A stretch of 64,000 nt of DNA from Dicyema japonicum (taxonomy: Eukaryota > Animalia > Dicyemida). Both the position numbers and the translations under genes were made by a program. The DNA lies in contig RDEW01000068.1 in the NCBI GenBank assembly GCA_011109175.1, positions 145,900 through 209,899 on the forward strand, given 5' to 3'. The notes under the pieces are model-generated. The model was not told the origin of the DNA. It ran no database searches and saw only the letters and a list, made by a program, of their open reading frames with translations. Positions 1 through 10,915 of this stretch are shown piece by piece. Each line of letters starts with the position of its first letter. The stretch's first letter is position 1.

Positions 1-62
1 CTAGCCAACTCCTCTCTATTTATAATTTTTCCTCTGCGATCCGATTTTGTTTAGCAGGGTCA

Positions 63-490
63 GTGATCTTTACTATGTAATTGCGCCCGGACGGGGGAAC
101 TCTCTTCTTTTATCAGGGAAAATACTTGATTTGGGATGGGCCTTGCACCAATACTTTTTCCCAGTAAAGACTTGCTGGTTCCGCGCTGAAAGTGGGGAAG
201 CTGCTCGGACTTTCGAGAATTTCAAGATAAAAAATACGACAGCATCTCCACCAGACCCGTTTCTTCGAGACAAGCGGAGTCTTTCTGCCCAAAAAGGTAT
301 CTTTTCTAAGATCGCTTGAGTCAATGATATCGAAAGTGAGTAATCTACGTCGGGAAACCGAATGGCTGTTCCAAAGGATTTCTCTGGCAGTTGTCAGGGA
401 AACAGCCATTCCACCTATCAGCTGGATTATTTTGATTGTCTTTTACGTAATAAATTGTTTTTGTTTTCTTTACTATATTATTAATAAAAA
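63..490 (+). mobile_element. 3' fragment of CRE-like RLE non-LTR retrotransposon (mirror copy about 58612-59035, minus)
   Basis: Frameshifted translation gives RPDG...GKYLIWDGPCTNTF and RRETEWLFQRISLAVVR, typical CRE-clade endonuclease/C-terminal motifs, followed by an AT-rich tail. Confidence 0.65.
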
Positions 491-788
491 TAAGGTCATA
501 CAGCGGCCTGATTGACCTATTTACCACAAAATTAAATTTCACTACAAGTTTCTCTCTCCGTTGAAACTTTACTTAAGAATGAAAACGAACTAACCCCAAC
601 CCTAGTCTGTAGCATCAAGGTCAAGCACTGTAACGTTTATTTTAGTGTAACGACTTTAATTTTACCATATTGGCTACTTATCGGGTATGAAAATTTATAC
701 AAATGGGTATAGTAAGTCTAGCTTTGGATGTGATCCCTAGAGGTTTCTAAAATAGTCACGTTGTTAGGTAATAACCATTAGTTAGTAT

Positions 789-1259
789 TTATTGTTCTTC
801 TAACTCAATGAGCACTCCATGGCAGTCCTTTGGGTGAATGAACATTATTCGTTTCCCGTGAGCGCCGATTGTGGGAGTTGGGGAAAGTGTCCTAATGTTG
901 TTTTCCCTTAACCTTTCGATCAATTCATCCAAGGCGGGCACCTTTGTTGAATAAACAGACTACTTCTAGACATATGTGGTGGATTCCTTCGTTCTGCTTC
1001 TTCAAAAATTTCAAAATTGGACTTTTCTCCCCAAAGGGAGCGATAAACTAAGAATAATCAATTGACTAACTTCAATTTTGGTGTTATTCAGGTTCATAAA
1101 AGAAACCGTCACTCCTTGAGAAGGCAGTGACTAAGAATTACCACTAACCTACTTCTGGATTTGAAGGTTTTAGGTTCAAGATGTCCTTAAAACTCTCCCA
1201 ATATTTTGAATGGCCGGAATTGCCACAGCAATGTGATTTATTTTGGTTATTTGATACAT
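789..1259 (-). CDS. MCEE: Methylmalonyl-CoA epimerase (left copy; 3 introns of 22, 23 and 23 nt)
   Basis: Spliced translation MYQITKINHIAVAIP...QGVTVSFMNLNNTKIE/FIAPFGEKSPILKFLKKQNEGIHHICLE/VPALD...IGAHGKRIMFIHPKDCHGVLIELEEQ* matches the MCEE motifs NHVAIAV, HHICIEV, IGAHGK and HPKDCGGVLVELE. One T is missing in a homopolymer near 1190. Missed by the ORF track. Confidence 0.92.
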
Positions 1260-1631
1260 TTCCGTGATTATTTAAATTATTAATTTTAAATATTCATATT
1301 TTGATATTTATTAAAATATAACTAAACTTTATTTAGCCAACAGAAAAAGTTAATATTTAATCCTCAAGCAGGTTTACTTTAACAATGAGAACAAACCATC
1401 ATTCAGAGGAAGACCTAGAGTCACTCTACCCGTGGCTCTGAACAAGGATCTTAATGGGATTAGAAGAAATCTTAAATCTGCAGAAGACCTAGAAGATCTA
1501 AGGACAGATGCGCAAAGCAGAGGGCGATGGAGACGCCTAGTGAAGCAGATTGTGACACGTGTGGTACAAACGGGACCTTAGTTAATATAACGTTCTTTGG
1601 TTATGTGAAAGTGCTTTTTAATAATAATAAT

Positions 1632-1770
1632 AACCATGTCAGCAAACTGATTAATTCCCAATTCATAGAAAATATTTCCTTGTTTTGCGAGTTCTAACCA
1701 TAATATGATTTGTCTAAAGTAAAAATTAATTTAACTGTATTTTTCTATAAAATTATTCCATTTGATATCA
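1632..1770 (-). pseudogene. Inverted fragment of cathepsin L-like propeptide exons
   Basis: Reverse complement matches about 9677-9878 (WN.FI.KY, intron, ...ELGINQFADM) with an internal deletion of about 60 nt at an act microhomology. Confidence 0.75.
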
Positions 1771-1814
1771 TAGTGGAGTCAACTTCGCCAAGTAAGGATC
1801 GTTCGTATGAAATC

Positions 1815-2590
1815 CGTTTAATAACGAGAATAAGCAAATATTCAACTTAAACTGAGTGATTTATACACATGCATTTCCGAGAGAACACCTTGGACTTATT
1901 GCGATTGATGCAATCACAGTAATTTTCAAGTATTCAATTAACATGAATACAATTCCAACTATCTGTAATCCTTAAGCCTGGGAAGCTTAAGGACAATCCT
2001 GCATCATTTCAATCAATCTCTTAACTATGCACCTCATCAAAATTATTGGAAAAATTGATTCTTAATTTTATAACCCCGTCCCTTCCTTTTTCGTCCTCAT
2101 AACATGGATTCAGAAGGGGTCATTCAACTTCTACTCACCTAGCTTCCTTCAACCAATTTATCATTGAAGGCTTTAGCACAAATCCTTGTAACCTCAAAAT
2201 AGTCGTTTGCTCTATCGATTTACAAAAGGCCTTCGATTCTGTCTCAAGAAAATCCTAACCCGGAAATTGTTTGCCCTCCCCGTCAACCCCAATATAAAAC
2301 TTTGGCTTGTTAACTTCATAAATGGAAGAAGGGCCCGGATATACATGGATGGGACCAAATCAGTTTCAAGATTACTACCCAATGGTGTCCCACAAGGTTT
2401 CCCTTCATCACCCGCCTTATTTAACTTATACATGTCCGATTTACCATAACCCGATAATAAAGACGATTTTCTCTTATCATATGCTGATGACCTATTAATC
2501 GGATCCCTCGATCAAGATATCCCAAAGGCATCAGAAAGACTATAAGAATACTTTCACAAGATTCAAATTTGGCTAAATTAATTTGGCTAA
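1815..2590 (+). mobile_element. Degenerate I-group (Jockey/I/Ingi-like) LINE reverse transcriptase fragment
   Basis: DFTKAFDSV, GVPQGFPSSPALFNLYMSDLP and SYADD motifs with stops and frameshifts. Confidence 0.85.
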
Positions 2591-2596
2591 ATTTTG

Positions 2597-2850
2597 TCGG
2601 GCAAAAGTGGCTTAGGTTCGGGTTCGATTCTTGCTGCTGTTCACCTGGTGGAAAGTTCCACGCATCTACGATGCGAAAAGGCTTGACAAGTGACGCCGTC
2701 ATCAGTAGAGATTCACTGCGGAACTGGATAGTCAAAAGAACACACACCCAAGAAAAAGAAAAAACAAAGAAGTGAAGAGCATTCCTTGGTTCTACGATTA
2801 GTTACAATAACTGTTCGTTACTTAAATAAAGTGTGTGTTCTGCACGAGCT
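2597..2850 (+). mobile_element. tRNA-derived SINE family A copy
   Basis: B-box-like GGTTCGATTC, shared core GAAAGTTCCAC...TTGAC.AGTGACGCCGTCATCAG and internal A-tract; homologous to 34968-35273 and 57478-57673. Confidence 0.7.
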
Positions 2851-2989
2851 AAACCCTAGGCATCTTACGTGCTTATGGCAACGTGGTAGTGCTTACTCAA
2901 ATATAACCGGCTTGATATATCTACTAAAAAATCTTCGTCCTTATTTACCTCAGACAAACGACTTGGACAAATGACAGTGATATATTTAT

Positions 2990-3905
2990 CAACCAGACAA
3001 AAATACCTTTCACGAAAAAACTTAAAATCTTGGGATCACTTTCGACACACACATATTCTTTTCACCTCACGTCGACGGCGTCTCTGGAAGCTGTTCAAAA
3101 AAGCTAGGGATAATCAAAACTATTTTCGGTGGCATTAAAACCTTTTTCCCAGCTTCGAAATTGTTGTACAAACGATTCGTTGAGCCATCTATCAGCTATG
3201 TTTGTACGTCATGGGGAATCAATTTGTCCTGGACGAACAAACAAGTAATCCGCGACATTCAGGCTTTAACAGCCTCTACTATTAGTAATCCCGGGAAACT
3301 AGAAAAACTAATCTTCTCATCACTTGAAGACCTTATCCTACAAAATATAAGGGATTTGCTACCCTGTGCAGACAGTGCAACTCTCAACAACACACAGCAA
3401 CGACGTGTCTTATGAGAAGGATATACATCACCCTTCTTTAATTCCTATTCCTCAAACCACCTTGCCCACAGAAAATTTGTGTTGGATCCCAGAAGGCGCA
3501 CGAAGAGAAAATGAGAAATCTGATTGAGGCCTTCGAAATCACTTAATTATTTATTATTATGTATTAACCCCGGATACGCCGAGAAAGAAGTTGAAGTAAA
3601 CAACTAATTAAGTGTATCCAGTTTCCACTTCTACAGAAACAGAGTCCATCCGGAATCAGAATAAAGGGTAAGACGTCCATTACATGCAGTTGTGGAAATC
3701 CCTCCAGTGGAGTGGGGGAGAGCAAATAATTCTTTTTCGTGCCGGCCTGGCACTGGGCGCCACTCTAATAGGAAGAGAGAGGAGGAACAGACATGCAAGC
3801 AGAAAACTTCAACCAATTAACCACGCAGACCACATGGCGCCACCACACTTAATTAATTTAGCAATTAAATTAACTATTAGTGTTCTTGGGTTAATAATAA
3901 TATAA
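2990..3905 (+). mobile_element. 3' part of I-group LINE, interrupted by a SINE-B copy
   Basis: LYKRFVEPSISY...W motif. Its 3' end matches the uninterrupted copy at about 36838-37010. Confidence 0.7.
3550..3845 (-). mobile_element. SINE family B copy with 10-bp target-site duplication
   Basis: Reverse complement of 9307-9625 with a 27-nt internal deletion; TSD cacttaatta at 3540-3549 and 3846-3855. Confidence 0.85.
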
Positions 3906-3924
3906 CTAACTCACTCGAAGAGAA

Positions 3925-4490
3925 ATGGAGACACACAAAGAAACTTGACTCCTTATTAGGACACACAAAGAAACTTGCGCCCTTGTTCGGAGGACCACGA
4001 GGAACATGGACTTTTCCGTTTCTACCCTCTACCAACAAACAATCGCGCCTGCCATTGAGTATGCCTCCGTTGCATGGAGATTCGGGCTATCGGAGTCTAT
4101 GGTCCAAAGAATCAATTCGATATACCGGAAAACAATCAGTATGATTTTCCCACGTAATGGACCAACAGTCGACCCACTACTCATGGAAGCTAAGATCCGT
4201 AGTCGTGGCTCCGGATTTCTTCGCGTCTGTGAGGAAGATGGAAATCCGCTTCGCCTGATCCTTCCCATGGCAGAGAAAACCGATTGGATAAGAAATTCCC
4301 CTCCCCAATCGGATTCCTCTGCAAGACCGAGAGAAGGCTCTTCCGGAAAGTAGTGGGGACGATTGAAGATCACAGACGTCGAATGGCACAATTGATTGCG
4401 AGGACTGGGATCACCTAACTGTTTGACTCTTTTGTCTTTCTTTCTCGGTGTTCCCGGGGTTAGTAAAATAAAAAATAAAATAAATAAATT
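3925..4490 (+). mobile_element. 3' end of I-group LINE (candidate partner of SINE-B)
   Basis: LYQQTIAPAIEYASVAW motif, ORF end ...GIT*, and 3' tail tttctcggtgttcccggggttagtaa plus A-rich run. Confidence 0.7.
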
Positions 4491-4710
4491 AGGAGATAGT
4501 GAAGATGTCATATGGAGAAAAACCATGGCAAACGCGGCATTACACAGGCTGAAAAACCTATGGCTAAAACGGAAAGGGAATAACATAAAACAAAGGATAA
4601 TGTTATACGACACCTTTATCAAACCAATCTTCCTATACAACTCTGGCACCTGGCGCACCTCAAAAGAGGAATTGGAGAGGCTACACTTGTTTTACAAAAA
4701 TCTAAGAATG
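4490..4710 (+). mobile_element. RTE-like LINE C-terminal fragment
   Basis: LGDSEDVIWRKTMANAAL...LYDTFIKPIFLYNSGTW, homologous to about 44580-44800. Confidence 0.65.
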
Positions 4711-4799
4711 AAGTGATGTCCGCGACGGTAGGACGTCAACAAAAATGGAAGATTGCGGACTAATTATCCACCTCTCTTCGGAAGCGGAAGCCTGAAATT

Positions 4800-5133
4800 T
4801 ATTTATTAACCCCGGATACACCGAGAAAGAAGTTAAAGTGTATCCCAGATTCCACTTACAGTAACTATTAAGTGTATCCGGATTCCACTTTACAGAAACA
4901 GAGTTCATCCTGAATCAACATAATGTGTAAAAGACGTCCATACTTGCAGTTGTGGAAACCCCTCCAGTTAAAATGGGAGAGAGCAAATGATCCTTTTTTC
5001 GTGCAGGCTGGCACTGGGCGCCACCTTGACAGGTGGATCACATGACGCCACTCTAATAGGAAGAGAAAAGGAACAGCCGAACAAACAAAAACTTCAACCA
5101 ATTAGCACGAGGCAACCACGTGGTACCACGCGG
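4800..5133 (-). mobile_element. SINE family B copy
   Basis: Full-length reverse-complement homologue of 9307-9625. Confidence 0.85.
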
Positions 5134-5497
5134 TTACATCACTATATCAAGCCTGCAATAGAATATTAGAAAGTTGACTTTGTAGACACGTTCTCCATTG
5201 GGTTCCTTTCTTGGTGTGATAATTATTATTTGCCACGGGTTAACAAGGCTTGCATGAGAACACTATGAACCAATGAAAGTGTGAAACTAGTAACAGATTT
5301 TTCCATAGGTCCTCCAGACGCGGAGGCTCTAGATAGAAAAAAGACCCATTACTGACGACTAAATGTGCCGTTATCTCTTAAACAAAGTAGCATTTCTTAC
5401 AAATAGTGTTTTTATTAAGTAACTTAAACCTCAAGGAAGAATAGAAGCTGTAGCTTATGCTGACGATTTTGACTATATCTCGGAAGACAAGGAATCC

Positions 5498-8400
5498 GTC
5501 ACGATGTCGTTCCGAGGGCGTTCCAGAATATCGAACAGAACTGTGTACGGAAGGATGAAGTGTTTTTCAGTTAGTTGCTACCTTCTAGAACTTTTTTTTG
5601 AAAATAATTGCTCAGAAAATTACTCTTTCTTTGGTTCATTCATCAAGTTTTTTCAGAGTAGTTTGCAATTTGTTCATAAAATAAATAATATGGACAAATA
5701 ATAACCAAACATGCAACGTGTTTTTGATTCGGTGGCGTTAAACTCTGTCGAGTTGGCAAAAATGTTGAAAGGAAAAAAGGAGAAGGGTCACTTGCGTTAC
5801 CTGATAATATGAATGTAATTCTTGCCATATCCGAGATCGTTGTGGGTGATGACCCAAAAGAATGGTCGAGGCAGGTAGTCCTGCAGGTACGTAGCAGGCT
5901 ATCTCGAATGCCCTGGAATGGTTGGCCATACTTGGCGGAGCTCTGCAGTGGCAGATTCAGTACTGCTATATATGTGAGTGAACTCAAGAAGATGGCTGTA
6001 GGCATAGAGGGTACTGGTCTAAAGGGGCGGGGACCAGGTGACCACAACTGTCAAAGAGAGCACGAGCACCAGAGCTGTGATACGTTGCAACTCAAGCATG
6101 TTTATGAGGTCTTCGCGCGGAATCTCGCTGCAGCGGCAGATGTCCCACTTGAGGACCGTAGATTTACCTGCAAGATTCCTCATTGTAAGGTTAACGGTGT
6201 AGTGTTAACCTGCATCAATAAGGCTGTGGCTTATGCGGTGGAGGCTAAGCCAGTAGGGTCACTGGGTGACATCTCCCTAGTGCTGTATGCAGCACAGATC
6301 ACCTATGAGGAATTGACGGACAAGCCCAGACCACCCAGTAAATGGAGGGAGCAGATCTGTGCCAAGATTGCTTGGAGACAGACTGAGCTGGAGGGGCACA
6401 TAAGTAGTGTGGCGAGAGGGGTTAGAGGAAAAGCACCGGCTATAGTAAAGTGGCTAATTAGTAAACTCCGTGTTCTAAAATGGGACCTTAAAGAGTTGAG
6501 GAGGGCAAAGGTGGAGTTAGAGGGGGCAATATTGGTGTACAAGAGGAAACTCTATACACATGAAAGTCGGTGTAAGAGAAAACGAGAAAATAATCTGTTT
6601 GAGTTTAATCGCAGATTGTTTTACCGTCGCCTACACGAAAATGGCCATAGTGTATGTTCCCAGCAGGACGCAGAAATGTGTTCCACATGGGGTAGTATGT
6701 GGGAGGCTAAACCACGCAGAGGAAATGCGTGGAATGTCCCGTACAGAGCCGCTCCTTTCTTGGCGGAATCTTGCGGAATTTTCGATTTTCGAAAAAAATT
6801 TGAAACGGTAGTGAGACATCTCCCTGATTGGAAGACGACCGGGGTCGATAAAGTTTATAATTTCTTTATCAAAAGATGCACTTCATTACACGAGTCTATG
6901 TGTCGTGTATTACAGAAAAGCATCACTAACCCGGAAACGATTCCTGATTGGGCATGCACAGGGACAACTTATTTGATCCCAAAGCTGGACAACCCCCAGT
7001 CTGCTGCAGATTATCGACCGATAACCTGCATGCCAACCCTGTATAAGCTGATGACCAAATTGGTGGCTAATGAGGTCAGGAGCTTTGTAGACGCAAATGG
7101 GATTCTCTCCGAGAATCAGTTGGGACTGTGCGAAATTGTCAGGGGGCAAAAGAGCAGGCTTTGATCAACAAATGCCTTTCTGTGTCTCACGGAAACTCAC
7201 TTTTGTCTATGTGGGTGGATGTGAAGAAGGCTTACGATTCAGTTGATCATTCTTACCTTGTCGAGTGCCTACACAGTCTGTGTATGCCTGTGTGGTTCAT
7301 CAGCTTTGTAGTGGCTGTGATGAATAGGTGGAGTATTCATCTGAACTATAATAGGCACCGGATAGGCGAGGTAAAACTCAAGAGGGGGATCCTTCAGGGG
7401 GATAGCATGTCTCCGCTACTCTTTGTTCTCTGTTTGGAGCCATTGAGTCGCCGCCTCAATGACCGGTTTGAGCAAATACCAGTTCATTGTGAAGGGGTCT
7501 GTTTCAGTACAAATCACCTTCTTTTTATCGATGACTGAAGATGTATGCTCGAACAGCCGAGGAGCTCTACTCCATGGGGGTCTGTGCCAGGGAATTCTTT
7601 GAGAGTATAGGGCTAGATTTGAATTATTCAAAGTCTGCGACTAACACGCAAGTATGTAGCGAGTTAGTAAGAGTCCTAGAGGAACACGAAGGATATAAGT
7701 ATCTGGGTGTTACCGAATCTCCAAAGTCCCTTATAATGCCTGAGACAAAGCGACAAATTACTGAAGGCATCCGTAAAAGAGCAGCGTTATTGTGTAAGAC
7801 GTCTCTAAATGCAAGGAATTTGTTCCTAGCATTAAATGAGTATGCTGTCTCGCTGCTAAACTACTACATAGGTGTTGTGGAGTTTGAGCCCAAAGAGTAT
7901 GATGAGATGGATGTTATGATCCGTGGAGTACTCAGAGAGAACCATGTCCATGTGTTGGCAGCCAATAAGGAGAGACTATATTTACCCCGTGATAAATTCG
8001 GCCGTGGACTGTGTGGAGTAGTCCAACTAAGTGAGCGTATCCTAATGCGAATGCACGACACCCTGATAGCTGGGTCAAGTGTGTCTGCTAGGAAGCACGC
8101 CATAATAACGACCGAGAAAACACGGGCAACCCACCTAGGCACTATCAGACCTTTTTTGTCTGCTAAGTATGGTGTTGATGATGGTGGGCTAGTAAATGTG
8201 AAGGCGTTGATCGAATTACAATATAATAATTTGATGGAAAAGATCAACTTAAAAAGCCTTCATAAGGTCCTCTTCAGAGCATTGGACAACCCACATGTCG
8301 ACCTTAAGTCGTCGACAATATGGCTAAAATACGGTGACAACTCACCTCGATCGGAGGCGCTGTACACGTATATGCAAGACCGCAATATTTTTTGGGGTCG

Positions 8401-9140
8401 ATCAACAAATACATGTCCCCACTGTAAGTCAAGGAGCATGTCGGTTGATCATTTAGCCACTCGATGTGGATCCATGCTTTGCCACGACTATGTGTGCAGG
8501 CATAACGAAGTAGTAAGGAGTCTTCATCTTCTACTATGCAATAAGTATTCGCCACACCAGAAAGTTGCGGACTCATAAGGTGCAATTTGCAGTAGAAAAC
8601 ACCAGGGTCCAAATTAAGGTAGACAGTGTTATCCGTACCTCGGTGCTAGTCAAGCACAATAAACCGGACATTTTGGTACACGATAAGGAGTCTGGCCAAG
8701 TCCTTATCATAGAGGTTGGCATCACGTCTCAAGACCGTTTGCAGACTGTGGAGGTGGAGAAAAAAAGGAAGTATGACTTTCTTGCAAACGAGATGGGGCA
8801 GATGCTTGGTTGCAAGGTCCTCGTTATTCCTATAGTAATGACGTGGGAAGGAATTGCAACAAAGTACCACAAGGGTTATCTGAAGCAGTTGGGGGTAGAT
8901 AGGAAGCTCCAGGCCTATCTACAGTCCACTGTGTTAAAGCGGACCCTAGAGAGCTTGACACTGGAGTATAGGAGGCAGAGCCCTGAGATGCCATATGGGC
9001 AGAGGGTTCAATTTGACAATGCGCTCTCGGAGTTGTTTCAGCAACCAGAATCGAACCTGCCTGAGGAGGCTGGCGAACAGGCAGGCGAGGAAGGTTGTTG
9101 ATTAATAAATATATTAACTTTTTTATTGTTTGTTAAATTA
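5498..9140 (+). mobile_element. Near full-length R4/Dong-like non-LTR retrotransposon (RT, CCHC knuckle, restriction-like endonuclease)
   Basis: ORFs 5809-7164, 7128-7538, 7541-8578 and 8565-9101 join through three single-base frameshifts. Motifs: YRPITC, DVKKAYDSV, GILQGDSMSPLLF, FIDD, CPHC..H...C, RHNEV, KPDI...IIEVGIT...EKKRKY. The 5' boundary is approximate. Confidence 0.92.
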
Positions 9141-9234
9141 AACGGATTGGACGAATAATAAACCAAAATTAAAATAATATTTATTGAATATTTTAATAAA
9201 ACATTTAAATAAAAAATATACAGAATTAATTAAA

Positions 9235-10760
9235 ATGATCGGCATAATTTTTGTTGTTACACTATATTGTTTAATTCTTTTATTTCATCTAAAATTCAAA
9301 AATTTAGCCGCATGGCGCCATGTGGTGCTGTGTGGTTAATTGGTTCAAGTTTTCTGCTTGCTTGTCTGTCCTTTTTCTCTCTTCCTAATAGTGTGGCGTC
9401 ATGTGATCCACCTGTCTAGGTGACGTCCAGTGCCAGGCCGGCACGAAAAAGGATCATTTGCTCTTCCCCACTCCACTGGAGGGTTTCCACAACTGCTTGT
9501 AATGGACGTCTTTTACCTTTATGTTGATTCCGGATGGAGTCTGTTCTGTAGAAGTGGAAACTGGACACACTTAATTAGTTTTTACTTTAACTTTTTCTCG
9601 GTGTATCCGGGGTTAATAAATAATAATCTAAAATTCAATTCAAATACGAATCATTCAATCAATTTTTTGATTATTATGAAATCAAATGGAATACTTTTAT
9701 AAAAAAATACAGTTAAATTAGTTTTCACTTTAGACAAATCGTATTCTGGTTTAGAACTTAAGGTTAGAAAGGCCATTTTTACTGAAAATTTAAGATTTAT
9801 CGACAACCACAATTTACTCGCAAAACAAGGAAATTTTTTGTATGAATTGGGAATTAATCAGTTTGCTGACATGGTTATCTCATAAAATAATTTTGTAGAC
9901 AAGGAGAGAAATATTCAAACCCAGCAAATTCAATTTATATAATAATTATAATTCTTATGGTAAATTGGAAAATGAATTAATTGGTGATTACACTATCCAT
10001 GAGAAAAAATATCCTTCATCTTTAATTGGGTAAATAGAAACTGTGTGACTGATATAAAATCCCAAGGATATAAATGTGGCTCATGCTATGCATTTGGCGC
10101 AGTTAACGAATGTTTAATAGATTTAGTTGGCTACATTGGAGTCACATTTTGCAATCAAACACAATAAACTTATATCAATGAGCGAACAAAATATGGTTGA
10201 TTGTGCGAGTGATTACGGATGCACTGGTGGATCACAAATTATGGTGTATCATTACATTCAAATAAACGGTGGAATTAATTCTGAAAAACGGTATCCATAT
10301 ATTGCCAAAGTAATTTCGACAGATAATTAATTATATAGGTTAGAAAATGCAAATATAGAGGTCAACCAGATATTAAATTTAATTTGACTACATATAAAAT
10401 ATTTAAAGGTAATGAAAAAATGCTTTTGCGTACGCTTGTAGATGTTGGTCCTGTTTCTGTTAATGTTCAGGTTTCTTTAAGCTTTGATCGCTATTTTATA
10501 GGTAAAAATATAATGAAACGTTTTAGGAATATTCCATTACAAATATTGTATAAATGAGTATCATTTGCATACAATTTCTGTTGTGGGTTATGGAATTTTA
10601 AAAGGGGGAAAGTATTGGCTCATTAAAAAATTCATGGGGTAAAACATGGGGAATATTTGGCTATATGAAAATGGTACGTGGGAAGGATAATTGTGGCTTA
10701 CCCTATAATCGAATAATTTTATCGTTATATTTGATAACTTTTGGTTTTAAGAGAATTAAA
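9235..10760 (+). pseudogene. Papain-family (C1A) cathepsin L-like protease, SINE-interrupted in exon 1
   Basis: Hydrophobic N-terminus; ERFNIN-like ELKVRKAIFTENLRFIDNHN; GINQFADM; QGYKCGSCYAF (catalytic Cys); HTISVVGYG (His); KNSWG (Asn). Introns of 22, 25, 25, 29 and 25 nt. Homopolymer frameshifts near 10021 and 10630. End approximate. Confidence 0.85.
9300..9625 (+). mobile_element. SINE family B, full-length copy with 13-bp TSD
   Basis: TSD atctaaaattcaa at 9287-9299 and 9626-9638; A/B-box-like TGGCGCCATGTGG and GGTTCAAGTT; (TAA)-rich tail. Confidence 0.88.
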
Positions 10761-10809
10761 TTTTTATTTATTTTTTTTATTAAAATAATTTTTTTAACAA
10801 TTAAACAAA

Positions 10810-10915
10810 TGTCAGTTGAGGAAGCCTGCTGCGTGGATTGCGAACGAGTTCCCTCGGAGTATGGCTATTCCAATCTTTTGTCTTAGCCATAACCCTTCTC
10901 GTTGATCCCTTTTTT
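10810..10915 (-). mobile_element. CRE-like retrotransposon C-terminal fragment
   Basis: Minus strand reads RDQREGLWLRQKIGIAILRGNSFAI, the CRE-clade terminal motif (compare 345-400). Confidence 0.65.

Larger units (their letters stand above)
1..1429. repeat. Outer segment of left arm of large inverted duplication (reverse complement of 57673-59104)
   Basis: Base 1 (ctagccaact...) is the reverse complement of ...agttggctag ending at 59104. Collinearity continues to ...gtcactctac at 1429 / gtagagtgac at 57673. Confidence 0.95.

Noticed and set aside
4029-4658. 209-aa minus-strand ORF and many other short ORFs in the track
   Set aside because: They are antisense or alternative frames of LINE remnants or of spliced genes and show no domain signal.
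5498-5600. HDV-like ribozyme at the 5' end of the R4-like element
   Set aside because: I could not find the P1-P4 pairing order by eye, and the true 5' end is uncertain.
7120-8580. Programmed ribosomal frameshifts in the R4-like ORF
   Set aside because: No slippery heptamers; one slip falls directly after the catalytic FIDD; 1-nt indels are widespread in this window.
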